Source: an uncultured Ureaplasma sp. (GTDB taxonomy: Bacteria; Bacillota_I; Bacilli_A; Mycoplasmatales; Mycoplasmoidaceae). Taken from it: a stretch of DNA of 58,041 bases. Under the pieces are notes generated by a model, which saw only the letters and a program-made list of their open reading frames with translations, was not told the origin of the DNA and searched no databases. A program made the translations under genes and the position numbers. Below, in pieces: positions 37,099 to 50,157 of this stretch. The stretch is from positions 1 through 58,041 of the forward strand of contig CADAXN010000001.1 of NCBI GenBank assembly GCA_902791895.1. Reading direction: 5' to 3'. Each line of letters opens with the position of its first letter. Positions within the stretch are counted from its first letter, which is position 1.

Positions 37099-37989
37099 CT
37101 AGATTATAAATTTCAATGTATTGTGAACTATTCTTACAGATAATTCATCTGTATCGTTATAAAGTTCACCATCAATATCGTAAAATTTTTTATCTAACTT
37201 AACTAAAATTTTCTCACATTTAAAACGCTCATTATATTTAATTGAACCAGCGCCTTTTTTGTTAAGCTTTATTAAATTATGAATTGTGAATAAACGATTA
37301 AATTTGTGAATTAATGATACAGTAATAAATCCATCATCAACAATTCCGTCTGGAATTAAATTGATTCCACCACCAACATTTTTACCATTACCGATTGAAA
37401 AAGAAATTATTTTATTTTCAACTCAAGTTTTTCCATCATCTAAAGAATACTTAATTTTGTGAACACTAAAAAATAAACACTTAGAAATGGTTGCTAATTT
37501 ATATTTTGTTTTTTGACTAAAATGCTTATAACTTAGGTACTTCTTAATTACATTTGGAACAATACCCGCACCAATTGCATTAATGCATCTTACTTTATCA
37601 TTAATGATTAAAAAATCAACTTTAGTAGCTTGTTGTTTAATCAATCTTTTTATATTAACAATTGGATCAGTTTGACTAATTTTATCAAAGTTGGATGTGA
37701 AATCATTTCCGCTTCCAAATGGTAAAGCACTTAAATAAACATTTTCAAAATTTTTAATTCCATTAAGTACTTCATTAAGAGTTCCATCACCACCAACAGC
37801 AATAATATGAACCGGTCTATTCAAAGATGAAATTTCTTCAGCAAGTTTAATAGCATGCTTCTTATATTCAGTTTTATGAACAAAATGCTTGATGTGAGAA
37901 CTTTTTAAAAAGTTCTCTATTTTATCAAAATACTCGTTTGATTTCCCGTTATTTGATGTTGGATTAACAATAAAATGGATTTCTATCAT
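37099..37989 (-). CDS. Diacylglycerol kinase-family lipid kinase (DagK/YegS-like)
   Basis: ATG at 37987..37989 preceded by AGGAGAATAATT. Track ORF 37423..38025 continues through TGA to TAG at 37099..37101 (translated by hand). Motifs: IIAVGGDGTLNEV, PFGSGNDF. 296 aa. Confidence 0.85.
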
Positions 37990-37991
37990 AA

Positions 37992-38843
37992 TTATTCTCC
38001 TATCATTCGTTTTAGTTCTTTCCAAATGATTTGATCATTACCATTTGGATCGACTGAAAGCAAATGTTCCCCTCCTTTTTGAAAAACAATTCTATTGTGG
38101 TCATTACTATACATTTTAATTTTATTTAATTTTTTTATGTTTTTTTTGTAATAGCAATCATTCTCTGTTTGAATATATGTTATTGGTAAATTTAAATTTG
38201 ATTTAAAATGCTTTTTCAAATAATGGAAAGCAGGAAACATTGAATATCATGCTGCTAAATCCAGTCTTGTGAAACCATTAACTGGGGTTTTACTGCTTGC
38301 AAAGATACGCAAAATAATTGGATTATCTGTTAACTTTGTTATGTTACCAACGGGACAAAAAGTGTTGGTATTAAATAAAACACATAGGAAATGTCTCATT
38401 CCAATAACCATTTTTTGTCAAGTGTTAAATATAGAAAGCGAAGTATCAACTCTACTTGGACCGTTTCAACACAAAACACCATCAATTTTATCAGGATATT
38501 TCTTGGCAAATAACAATGATAAATTTGTACCTCAAGATTCACCAGTCATATAAACTTTTTGAATATTTGGATACATTGACCTTAGTACTGAAATTGATTG
38601 ATTTATTATCACTAAATAATATCTATTGTATTTTGATGATTTTAAATTTACATCGTTTCCAGGTAAATCGATGAATGCAAAAGTAGCATTTAAATCAGTT
38701 GGAATTTTTCAAAATCTGTTAAAAGCACTAGAAAAATTAATCCCATTTAGATGAATGATAATTGTTTTTGCTTCCGAAATTTCATTCGATAACAAACAAT
38801 TTAATGTTAGCTTTTCGCCTACTTTTAAATCAATCTTTTTCAT
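37992..38843 (-). CDS. Alpha/beta hydrolase (lysophospholipase / monoacylglycerol lipase-like)
   Basis: ATG at 38841..38843. Hand translation through several TGA codons joins to track ORF 37992..38240. Nucleophile elbow GESWG. 283 aa. Its TAA lies 2 nt before the lipid kinase ATG. Confidence 0.8.
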
Positions 38844-38887
38844 TTCATCACTATATATTACGTATTTTATATAAAATATATGTGTTT

Positions 38888-41551
38888 ATGAATTTAAATC
38901 AATGAAATGTACTTTCTCCTAGTAGAAAAATCCTAAAAAAGGCAAAAAAGTTGGCGAATTATGTAGATTCTCTAAAAGTAGAATTTAGACAAAAGACAAA
39001 TAAAGAGTTGTCAGAGATGACAAATATTCTTATTGATCGTTTAAAAAGAGGTCAAAGTTTAGATGATGTTTTGCCTGAAGCATTAGCTACTGCAAGAGAA
39101 GCAATTTATAGAGTTCACCATATTTTCGCTTATAAAGTACAGCTTATTGGTGCAATTGTTGCAAACCATGGTGACTTTGCGGAAATGTATACCGGTGAAG
39201 GTAAAACAATTGTTATTATTTTAACTGCGTATTTAAATGCATTATTAAAGCGTGGTGTTCATGTTGTAACTGTTAATGAATATTTAGTACAACGTGATGC
39301 ACGTTTTTGTGCTGAAGCATTAAACCCTTTGGGAATTACAGTAGGTTACAACTTAGTTAGTTTCACTCCAGCACAAAAAAGAGAAATGTTTGCATGTGAT
39401 ATCACATATACAACAAACTCTGAATTAGGTTTTGATTATCTTCGTGATAACATGGTTAATCGTTATGAAGACAAAGTTATTCGTGAACTAAATTTTGCCA
39501 TTATCGATGAAGGTGACTCAGTATTAATCGATGAAGCACGTACACCATTAATTATTTCAGGTCAGCCAAAACAAGACGTTTCAATGTATATTGAAGTTGA
39601 TCGTTTTGTCAATAAACTTGGTAAAGATGACTTTGTAATTGATGCAGAATCAAATTCAATTAATCTAACGGATGAAGGTGTTAAAAAAGCTGAAGCTTAC
39701 TATAAGTTAACCAACTTATTCCATTTCCAAAACTCAACACTTTATCACAAGATTAAGAATGCATTATTGGCAAATAAAGTGTTTAGAAATGGTGTAGAGT
39801 ATATTGTCAAAGATGATAAAGTGTTCTTAGTTGACCAATTCACAGGACGTATTCTAGAAGGCCGTAGTTATAATGCTGGATTACAACAAGCGATTCAAGC
39901 AAAAGAAAAAGTTAAGATTGAACCAGAAAATATTACTGTGGCTACTATTACTTACCAATCATTCTTCCGTCTATACAATAAATTAGCTGGATTAAGTGGT
40001 ACTGCTGCAACTGAGGCTGAAGAATTTTTAAAGATTTACAACATGGTTGTAGTAACCATTCCAACTAACAAACCAGTAATTAGACGTGATATGAATGATT
40101 ATGTTTTCGCAAACAAAATCAGTAAATGAGTACACGTAGTTAGTGAAATCGAAAAAGTTCATGCTACTGGTCAACCAATTCTAGTTGGTACTGAATCTGT
40201 TGAGGATTCAGAAGAGCTAGTTTACTTCTTAAAAAATAAAGGTTTACCATTCCAATTATTGAATGCTAAGAACAATGCAAAGGAAGCAAAAATTGTAGCT
40301 TTAGCAGGCCAAAGAGGAATGATTACTATTTCAACTAACATGGCTGGCCGTGGTACTGACATTAAGTTAGGACCAGGTATTGCTGAACTTGGTGGTTTAT
40401 ATGTTATTGGTACTGCTCACCATGAATCTCGTCGTGTTGACAACCAGTTAAGAGGTCGTAGTGGTCGTCAAGGTGACCCTGGAATAACTAGATTCTTTGT
40501 CTCTCTTGAAGATACATTGTTTAGAAGATTCGCAATTGAAAAAGAAAATAAGAGTAATCAAAAAATTGATGACGAATATTATGACTCTTGATTCTTTACT
40601 CGTTTAATTAAGAATGCTCAGAAAAAAGTTGAAGCATTAAACTATGACATGAGAAAGAACTTAATTGACTACGATAGCATTCTTTCAAACCAAAGAGAAC
40701 TAGTTTACAAACAAAGAGACCAAATCTTAAAAAATTCAACAAACCTTCAAATTGCTAAGAATATGGCAAAGGTTGTTGCTAAAGATGTAGTGGATATGTT
40801 TAAATCATCAAAAAATCCACTATTTGTCAAAGGCGAAGAATTAGCAAATGCTATTAATAAGCGTATGTTCAATTACAGCTTGGTTTTACCAAGCTTCTTT
40901 GAAAATAAGACAGCAGCTGAATCTACAAACATTTTATTTAACATTTTGTGTATAAGTATTGACAAACGTGTTGAACTTTTAACTCCTGAAGTTGCAAACA
41001 AAATTTTCAGAGATATTATTATCCAATCTTTAGATCATCAATGAACTAACCACTTGGATTTAATGGTTAAGGTTCGTGAAGGTGTAAATCTAAGAAGTTT
41101 AGAGCAACGTTCACCATTAAACATTTATGTTGAAGAAGCTGATAAACATTTTGAAGATATGAAACAAAAAGTTGCACATGCAACAGTTTTTCAAATCAAC
41201 CACATTTTCGTTCCTCGTGTAAATGAAGCTATTTTCAATGAATTGTCAAATATATTAACTGCATTGAACATCAACAAGAAAGCATACGAAGAACTTAAGA
41301 GTCGTAATAATGATTCAATCATTCAAAATGCTTTTGAAAGTAAACCGAACTTTAGCATTAATTTGAAACCAACTTCTCCTCGCGATAAGTTTGTCTCACA
41401 AGATTCTCAAACTAAATCTAGTGAAACATCAAGAGATGCAAAGAAAACTTTAAGTAACTTGATGGAAAAGATTAAATCTAGCCAACAACAAGCTACTCAA
41501 GATAAAAAAGAAACTAAAAAAGTCGAAGAGCCAGTTCAAAAATCTAAATAA
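38888..41551 (+). CDS. secA: Preprotein translocase ATPase SecA
   Basis: ATG at 38888 is in frame with track ORFs 38951.., 40259.., 40649.. and 41054..41551. Motifs: [36 protein letters not shown]. 887 aa. Confidence 0.95.
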
Positions 41552-41581
41552 AATCAAAGATACAATTATCTCTCATTAAGC

Positions 41582-43588
41582 ATGCCTAAAATTGAAAAAG
41601 ATAATAATCCATTAGTTTTAACAACTAACATGAAACCAATTGCTGATCAAGTATCGGCAATTAATCAACTTGTTAGTAATGTTAAACAAGGCGTAAAATC
41701 ACAAGTTCTACTTGGTGCAACAGGAACAGGTAAAACTTTTACGATTGCAAATGTTATTGAAAAATTGCAATCGAAAACTTTGATTATTGTCCATAATAAA
41801 ACTTTAGCTGCTCAACTTTATGGTGAATTTAAAGAACTATTCAAAAATAATCGTGTTGAATATTTTATTTCTTACTTTGATTTTTATCAACCAGAAGCTT
41901 ATAAGCCAGCGATGGATTTATATATTGAAAAAAATGCACAGCGAAATGAAGATATTGAAATGATGCGTCTTTCAACTATCAATTCTTTAGCTACAGCTAA
42001 TAAAGTTATTGTTATTGCTTCTGTAGCTGCTATTTATGCATCAGTTTCTCCATATGATTATGATGAATTTAAGTTGCTTATCAAAAAAGGAGAAAAAATC
42101 AACTATAAGCAATTTCAATATGAATTGGTTAAGTTACAATATGAACGTAATCAAATTGATTTAAAACCTGGAACATTTAGAATTAATGGCGATGTTATTG
42201 AAATTGCACCAGGAATCAGTGATGCTTACATTGTAAGAATTTCATTATTTGGTGATGAAATAGAATCAATTCATTTAGTTGATGCTCTAACTGGTTCCGT
42301 ATTACAAAAACATGATTATTATGTAATTTCTCCTGCTAATGAATACATAATGAATAATTCTCGTTTTGAAGAAGCAATCAAAAGAATCACCGACGAATTA
42401 GACAAAAGAATTGAATACTTTAAAAAAAATGGAAAACTTCTTGAAGCACAAAGAATTGAGCAACGAACAAAAGCTGATATTGAATCACTAAAAGAGTTGG
42501 GCTTCTGTCCGGGAATTGAAAACTATTCACGTCATTTAGAATTGCGTGCTGAAGGAGAAACTCCTTACACAATTTTTGACTATTATCGTAATGACGATTG
42601 ACTATTAGTAATTGATGAATCACACATGACCATTCCACAAATCAGAGGAATGTTTAATACTGATAAAAACCGTAAGCAAATATTAGTTGATTATGGTTTT
42701 AGATTGCCTTCTGCCTTAGACAACCGTCCATTAAATTTCCATGAATTTAATGATAAAATCAAACATGTCATTTATTGTTCTGCAACACCAAATGATTATG
42801 AAATTAATCAGTCTGAAGGTGTTGTTGTTCAACAAATTGTTCGTCCAACTGGATTAGTTGATCCAACTTTAGAAATTAGACCAACTAAATTCCAAATTGA
42901 TGATTTATTAAGTGAAATCAAAAAACAAATTGCCAAAAACGAAAGAACATTTGTTACTGTTCTAACTATAAAAATGGCAGAAACTTTAACACAGTATCTA
43001 AAAGATAAACATGTTAAAGTTGCATATCTTCATCATGGTTTAAAACCATTACAACGTTCAAAGATTTTGAATGACATGCGTAAGGGTAAATACGATGTTA
43101 TAATCGGAGTAAACTTACTACGTGAGGGTCTTGATGCTCCTGAAGTATCTTTAGTTTGCATCTTTGATGCTGATAAGCCAGGTATCTTTAGAAACTCAAG
43201 AGCTTTAATTCAAACATTTGGTCGTGCTGCTAGAAATGTTAATGGAAGAATTATTATGTATGCCGATACTGTTTCTAAAGATATGCAAATCGCTATTGAT
43301 GAAACTAATCGTCGTCGTAAAATCCAAATCGATTATAACCAAAAACATCATATAACACCAAAAACAATTGTTAAAGAGATTCGTGATGATTTTATTTCAG
43401 ATGAAGAAGCTAAAATCATGGAAGCTGTCTATAAAGCTAAGAAAAAAGGTGGAGAAAAACAAACTAAGGCAATCAATAGATTGCGTAGAGAAATGCTTGC
43501 TGCTGCTAAAAAGCAAGAATATGAAAAAGCTGCATACTTACGTGATTTAATTATTGAGCTTGAAGGTGATTTAAAAGGTGAGGAATAA
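41582..43588 (+). CDS. uvrB: Excinuclease ABC subunit B
   Basis: Track ORFs 41582..42601 and 42626..43588 share a frame and are joined by TGA. Motifs: [15 protein letters not shown], and C-terminal UVR motif [10 protein letters not shown]. 668 aa. Confidence 0.95.
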
Positions 43589-43594
43589 ATTATT

Positions 43595-44077
43595 ATGTCT
43601 AACTATTTGCAAAACGAAATTATTGATTTATTAAAACAACATGAATTAACTTTGTCAACTGCTGAAAGTGTTACAGCGGGAATGATTAGTTCATTTTTAG
43701 CGACAGTACCTGGATGTAGCAAAGTATTCAAAGGTGGAATGATTGTTTATTCTAACTTTGCTAAAAATAAACTTTGTGGTGTTAAAGAGGAAACTTTAAA
43801 TCAATTCGGTGCTATCAGTGAACAATGTGTAAGGGAATTGGCTCTTAACACAAACAAAAAATTAAGTACTGATATTTCATTAGCGATTTCAGGAAACGCA
43901 GGCCCAGTATGTGATGAAAATAAACCCGCTGGATTCGCTTACCTAGGCATTTGTATTATTGATAAAATTTATATCTATGAATTACAATCTAAACAAAAAG
44001 AAAGGAATGACATCCGTATTGATTTAACACATATGGTATATGAAAAATTATTAAAATTAATTAAGGAGATGGTTTAA
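43595..44077 (+). CDS. CinA C-terminal domain protein (PncC-type nicotinamide-nucleotide amidohydrolase-like)
   Basis: 160 aa. Motifs: LSTAESVTAGMISS, GGMIVYSN, AISGNAGP. It lacks the N-terminal MoCF-type domain of full-length CinA. Confidence 0.85.
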   Translation: MSNYLQNEIIDLLKQHELTLSTAESVTAGMISSFLATVPGCSKVFKGGMIVYSNFAKNKLCGVKEETLNQFGAISEQCVRELALNTNKKLSTDISLAISGNAGPVCDENKPAGFAYLGICIIDKIYIYELQSKQKERNDIRIDLTHMVYEKLLKLIKEMV

Positions 44078-44078
44078 G

Positions 44079-44735
44079 ATGAATGGAAATGAATTTAATT
44101 TAGCTGTGGCAATTGTTTTAACAATTGCTGGAGTATTAATTTTAGCCCTATTGGTTGCTGAATTTGTTACTTATATAATTGCTAATAGATTTTCAATTTT
44201 TAAAAAACAAAAAATTGTTAATTTAGGTTGAATAGTTAATGTAATCTGTATCGTACTTGCTATTGCATTATCTGGTTTATTAATATTCTTTTATCTAAAC
44301 CAACTATTATATTTAGGTTATATGATATTTTGATGAGTAATAGTTGCGGTTGCTATTTCTGTGTTAATTATCAGAAGTTTGTATACATTAAAAAATAATA
44401 AGAAAAAGCACGAAGTTAAAAATGTACTAAGTTTATCACCTCAAGCTTTAGCACAAGAATTTAATATTACTGATTTCAAAAATCAAAAAATTGAAGTTAA
44501 TCGTAAAAAACACAGCAAGTGATATAACGGCTTATATCAAATTTATGATCTTTTGGATCAAAGTATTGATCGTTTAACTGAAGAAAATCTTGTATTTATA
44601 ACAACACAAATAGTAGAGTTTGAAGAAAAATTTTCATATGAAATTATTTATAAACGAAATCGTTATACTTTCTGTTTATTTCTTACTTTATTGCAAAAAT
44701 TACAGGATAAAATCAATAGTGAAAAATTACAATAA
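44079..44735 (+). CDS. Uncharacterised 218-aa membrane protein (three N-terminal TM helices, soluble C-terminal half)
   Basis: The ATG at 44079 lies 1 nt after the cinA-like stop. Hand translation through four TGA codons joins to track ORF 44553..44735. Confidence 0.65.
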
Positions 44736-44801
44736 TTAAAAATTATTTTTAAAAAAATTATTTTTCCCCATATTTATATATGAAGGGACAATAATGAAAA
44801 T

Positions 44802-45830
44802 ATGAATGAAGAAAAATTATTAGAACAAGCTATTAAGCAAATCGAAACACAATTTGGAAAAGGATATATAACAAAATTTGATAAGAATCATAATACTATT
44901 GATGTTATACCATCTGGAAGCATTAAAGTAGACAAAATATTAGGAATTGGTGGTTACCCTAAAGGACGAATTATTGAAATTTATGGTAATGAGTCGTGTG
45001 GTAAGACCACTTTAGCTTTGCAAGCTGTAGCTTCATGCCAATCTATTGGTGGGAAATGTGCTTATATAGATTTAGAACATGCGCTAGATGCCAAATTTTG
45101 TACAGCTAATGGAATTGACTTATCAAAATTATTATTAGCACAACCAGATTCTGGTGAACAAACATTTCAATTGATTTCAGCACTTATTAAAACTGGAATG
45201 ATTGATTTAATTGTTGTGGATTCAGTAGCAGCAATTGTACCTGAGAGTGAAATTCAAGGTAATTTTTCTGAACAAACAATTGGTTTACAAGCAAGAATTA
45301 TGTCTAAAGGACTAAGAATAATCCAAGGGTTATTAGCTAAATACAATACAACAATTATTTTTATTAACCAACTACGTGAAAAAGTTGGTGTGTTTTATGG
45401 CAGTAATGAAATTACTACTGGCGGAAGAGCTTTAAAATTCTATTCATCAATAAGAATTGAACTTAAACGTGCCGAACTTATTAAGAATGGTAGCGAATGT
45501 ATTGGAATAAGAAGTGTGGCTAAAATAGTAAAAAATAAATTAGCAGCACCGTTAAGTAAAGCTTATATTGATTTTTATTTTGATCAAGGTATTGATCATA
45601 ATGAAGAGATTATTCAATATGCACTTGATTATGATATCATCCAAAAAAAAGGTTCTTGATATTACTACAATGGTGAACGTTTAGGTCAAGGCAAGGAAGC
45701 AACTATTGAATATTTATTAGCTAATCCAACGATTTTTGAAGATATTAAAAATAAATGCTTGGACAGAAAAGACACAAGCATAATTGAAACAGAAGAAAAA
45801 ATTAAAAAAGATTTAAAAACAGCTGCTTAA
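44802..45830 (+). CDS. recA: Recombinase RecA
   Basis: Track ORF 44802..45659 continues through TGA to TAA at 45828..45830. P-loop GNESCGKTTLAL, VVDSVAA, and L2-like region. 342 aa. Confidence 0.95.
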
Positions 45831-47003
45831 TTATTTAGTATTAATAATTACCAACAAAATAACAATGCCAACGATTATAGCTACTGTTATTCAAATTATT
45901 ATTCAATAAAATCATGATGAATTGTAAAACTTTAATTTAGATTTTTCACTCTCAATGTCAAAAACATTGGCCTGAATAGTTCTTTTATTGTAAGGTTTAA
46001 TTAATTCTGCTAATTTTGCCTCTTGAGGATTGTTAATAATATCGTCTACGTCTTTAATTATTTCCTTAACATTTGTATAGCGATATTTTAAATCATCTTG
46101 TTTAGATGCGATACATCTAAAAATAACATTTTCAATTGCCGGTGAAATTTTGGGATTGTTTTTAGATAATGGCGGAAGGTCATATCTTAATGGCAAAAGA
46201 ATTACTTTTTGATCATTGAGATCACCATTAAATGGTTTATTGCCAGTTAACATTTCATATAAAATAATTCCAATTGAAAAGAAATCACATTGCTCATTAA
46301 TAACTTCAAAACGTTTTTCTGTAGTTGCTTTTGGACTATAGGCCAAGTAAAGTGAAGGAGAAATATAAGGATAAGTTCCATATAATTGATTCTCATTGGT
46401 AGAAAAATGTTTAATTTCTTTTTTAGCGTTTTTATCAAAACTTGTGAAAACAACTGAAGAAATACCAAAATCAATAATTTTCAAATTAGATCGATCTTTA
46501 GATAGCAAAATGTTTTCTGGTTTTAAATCACGATGAATAATCTTATTATTAAAGCTATGTAAATCTTGTAAAGCAATAAGAATTTTTCTAAACAAAAATA
46601 ATGATTCTTGTACACCTAGAGAACCTTGTTTTTGAATAACTTCACGTAAAGAATTACCATCAATGTATTCCATAAGAATCATGATGGTTTTGTTTTTTAC
46701 TAATTCAGCTACACGATAAGTTTTAGCAACATTTTCACATTGTGAAATTCTTGTACAAGTCACACATTCATCATAGTAGCGACGCCAAGCTTCGTCTGTT
46801 GTGTTTTCCACCCTGTCAATAATTTTTAATGCGTATTTTTTATTGCTAAATGAATTGTTTGGTGTTTTTTCTGTAATATCTTCAACAAGATAAATGACAG
46901 AATCCATTCCACCTTTACCTAACTGTTTCAAAACTTTGTATTGATTAATTACAATATCACCAATTTTGATTTCAAATTTATCCTGTTGAGTTTTGTTTTC
47001 CAT
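45831..47003 (-). CDS. Ser/Thr protein kinase (Hanks type) with a C-terminal TM anchor
   Basis: Track ORF 45912..47003 continues through TGA codons to TAA at 45831..45833, adding FYWIIIWITVAIIVGIVILLVIINTK. Motifs: GKGGMDSV, YALKII, HRDLKPENILL, DFGIS. 390 aa. Confidence 0.9.
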
Positions 47004-48436
47004 TATTTCTTTAATCTATTCTTAATTATTTTATTCAAAATTTCATTTGCAATATTAGGATTTGCTTGACCTTTAGTTTCTTTCATCAGCATGCCTAAGA
47101 AATATTTTAATACTCTTTCTTCACGATTTGCAAATTGGTCAAGCATTTTGACATTTTGATCAATTATCTTGTCTAAAATTTCTTCAAGAACTTTTTCATC
47201 TTTAATTTGAACTATGTTCTTTTCTCCCATTATGATTGTTGGATCTTTTTGATCCTTTAACATTTCTGGAAAAATTACTTTAGCTTGTTTTCCATTAATT
47301 TCACCAGATTTTAATAAATCTAAAAGTTTAACGATTAAGTTAATGTGATTTTCATTAATACTTGTAATTTGCAAATTATTATTTTTCAAATATCCAACTA
47401 GTTCAACCATTATTCATGAAACTACTAAATTAATGTCATTGATTTTGCTTTCAATGGTGTTAAATACTTTATATAGTTCAAAATCATTTAAAAGCTGATC
47501 AATTAATTCAGATTTTAAATTCTTAGATTTTAGTTCTTTGGCAATTTCATCTGGAGTTTTATTTAAATGCTGAAGAACATTATTAATAAATTCATCTTCC
47601 AAAGGAATAGGACAAATGTTTGGTTCAGAGAAGTAATTATACTCGATTTGAGTATCTTTACGTCTCATGAAAATAGTTTGATTTTTTGTTTCATCTCAAC
47701 GACGAGTACAGTTTTCAATTTCTTGATTTTTTAAAATCAAGCCAATTTGACGATTAATTTCGTAGTTAATAGCTTTAGCAACATTTGCAAAAGAATTGAT
47801 ATTTTTAATTTCTACTCTTTCTCCTAATTTTTTGCTGCCTATAGGTGCTACAGAAATATTAACATCTACTCTTAATGAACCATCTTCCATTTTTCCGTTA
47901 GAGATATTCATAAAGACTAAATTTCTTTTTAACTTAGTTAAAAATTCAACCGCTTGTTGAGCTGAATGAATATCAGGACGACATACAATTTCAATTAATG
48001 GCATTCCAGCACGATTGTAATCTAAATAAGTCTTACCATTAATTGTTTGTTCTTTTGCTGTATCTTCTTCCAAATGAATTCTTTCAATATTGATGACGGT
48101 GCCATCATCTAATTTAATGCTACCATTTCGTCCAATAGGATGATATTGTTGGGTGATTTGGAATCCTTTAGGTAAATCTTGATAAAAATAATTTTTACGA
48201 TCAAATATTAGGGTTTTATCAATTTCCATACCTAGTGTATTGGCTAGAATAATACCTTTTTTAACAGCTTCTTTATTTACAGTTGGCAAAACACCAGGTA
48301 GTGCAAAATCTAAGAATGAAATATTGGTGTTAGGTTTATCATTATGACAACTTTTAGAATCAGAAAACATCTTTGATTTTGTATTCAAAGAACAATGGAT
48401 TTCTAAACCAATTGTTGGAATAAAATTGTTAATCAT
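47003..48436 (-). CDS. gatB: Asp/Glu-tRNA amidotransferase subunit B
   Basis: Track ORFs 47003..47410, 47414..47668 and 47696..48436 share a frame and are joined by TGA. N terminus IPTIGLEIHCSLNTKSKMF. 477 aa. Confidence 0.95.
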
Positions 48437-49869
48437 TATTTGTCTTCCTTATAAAAATTAAAAATCTGTTCAAGTCTTAGCGCTGCATTTAATAATTTTT
48501 GGTCATCACCATGTTTGCAATTTAAATTTATGCACCATGGCATATTGTCAACATGTCCAGTTGGTAATGTAATTGATGGACTATGAGCAAAATTGCCTAG
48601 CAAATATAAATCATCAACATAATTTAAATTGTTTTTGCCTTTTTTAAAATCCTTAATTGAAGGAACGGTTGAACCAGTGCACGGAACTAAATAAGCATCG
48701 TAGACTTTCAAAATATTATCAATAAATTTGCTATAAATAAGTCCTGCTTTTTGTGCTTTTTTTAGACATTTTGAAAAATCTTCAAACTTTTCTAATAAAT
48801 GACCATAAATAAAACGAAATTTAATTTCTTTTCCAAAACCTTTAGTGCGATTATTTAAAATCATGTTTTTATAGCCAACAATATCTTTATCAAAATTTGA
48901 ACCGAAAGTTATACCAGTCATATTGTGATAGCAACTTAAACCTTCAGAATAAGAAACAAATCGATATGACATATAAAGAGTTTTTAATAACTCTCAATCA
49001 ACTTTTATTTTTTCAACAATGACATTGTTGTCTTTTAAAAGCTTAATAACTCTTTGATATTCGTCTAGCACTTCTTTACATAAGAATTGCTCAATATCAT
49101 CAAAAATTGCGATTTTTAAATTTTGTGTTGGTTTTAAATTCTCATAATATTTTGACTCATGATTTTCGCTTGTATAATCTTTCTCATCAAATTTAAAAAG
49201 ATACTGAGAAACAATAGCAACATCTGTGACATATTTAGCAATAATACCAACATGGTCTAATGATGGTGAATATGGATAAACACCAAATCGTGAAATTGCA
49301 CCATATGATGGTTTAAATCCAACAACACCCAAGTATGAACTGGGCTTTCTAACTGAATCACCTGTATCAGTTCCAATGGAAAAAATACCAACATCACCAG
49401 CTACCAAATTAACACTACCACTACTACTACCAGAAGTTATCTTAGAACGATCTAATACATTTTTAACTTCTCCATATGCAGTTGTTAACCCACTATGACC
49501 AAAACCAAACTCATCTAAGTTCGCTTTTCCTAAAAGCATTGCATTATAACTAGATAAAGTTTTATGAACAGTTGAATCATATGGAGGAATAAAATTTCTT
49601 AAAAAATTACTTCCACCAGTTGTTCTAATTCCTTTAGTTACAATGTTATCTTTTAAAGTGTAAGGAATAGCAAAAAGAATATTGTCCTTGTTGTCCTTTA
49701 TTTGACTTTGTAAAGCTTCACAATCAATCAAATTGAATGTGTCAGTAATCATACTGTTTGTATCTTTCATTTTTTCATAATTAGCTTTATTTTGATCAAA
49801 TATTTCTTTAATGGTAATTTCACCATTAACAAGTTTATTATGTAATTCAATAATCTTAGACTTAGCCAT
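48436..49869 (-). CDS. gatA: Asp/Glu-tRNA amidotransferase subunit A
   Basis: Track ORFs 48436..48972 and 48994..49869 are joined by TGA at 48994..48996. Amidase signature region ITSGSSSGSVNLVAGDVGIFSIGTDTGDSVRKPS. 477 aa. Confidence 0.93.
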
Positions 49870-49871
49870 AA

Positions 49872-50147
49872 CTATAATTTAATAACTATTAAATTCCCTT
49901 CTTTATTTTCAGAACATGACAAAATTTGTTCATCATCATACTTGTTTGGTGTATCTTCACGGAGCTTATGTAGTGTGTTAAGATGCTGATCAAATTTATC
50001 ATCAAAAGTATCAATATATTCTAAAAAATTGGTATTGGCACAAGCATCATTTAATCTTTTTGCAAGCCAATCAATTTCTTCGTCTTTGATTCCAATATTA
50101 ATTTCTTTAGCTAATTCAATAATTTCATCTTTTGTTAATTCTTTCAT
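49872..50147 (-). CDS. gatC: Asp/Glu-tRNA amidotransferase subunit C
   Basis: 91 aa, immediately upstream of gatA (2-nt gap). AGGAGAG ribosome-binding site before the ATG at 50145..50147. Assigned from size, position and the acidic helical sequence. Confidence 0.85.
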   Translation of the reverse strand: MKELTKDEIIELAKEINIGIKDEEIDWLAKRLNDACANTNFLEYIDTFDDKFDQHLNTLHKLREDTPNKYDDEQILSCSENKEGNLIVIKL

Positions 50148-50157
50148 AATCTCTCCT

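Noticed and set aside
38269-38674. Plus-strand track ORFs 38269..38553 and 38456..38674
   Set aside because: They are antisense to the alpha/beta hydrolase frame, which I translated continuously from 38843 to 37992.
44738-44765. Direct repeat AAAAATTATTTTT x2 (2-nt spacer) upstream of recA, considered as an operator or terminator
   Set aside because: It is pure A/T low-complexity sequence in a very AT-rich genome. The potential hairpin would have a 2-nt loop and no G-C pairs. I know of no LexA-type system that would fit.
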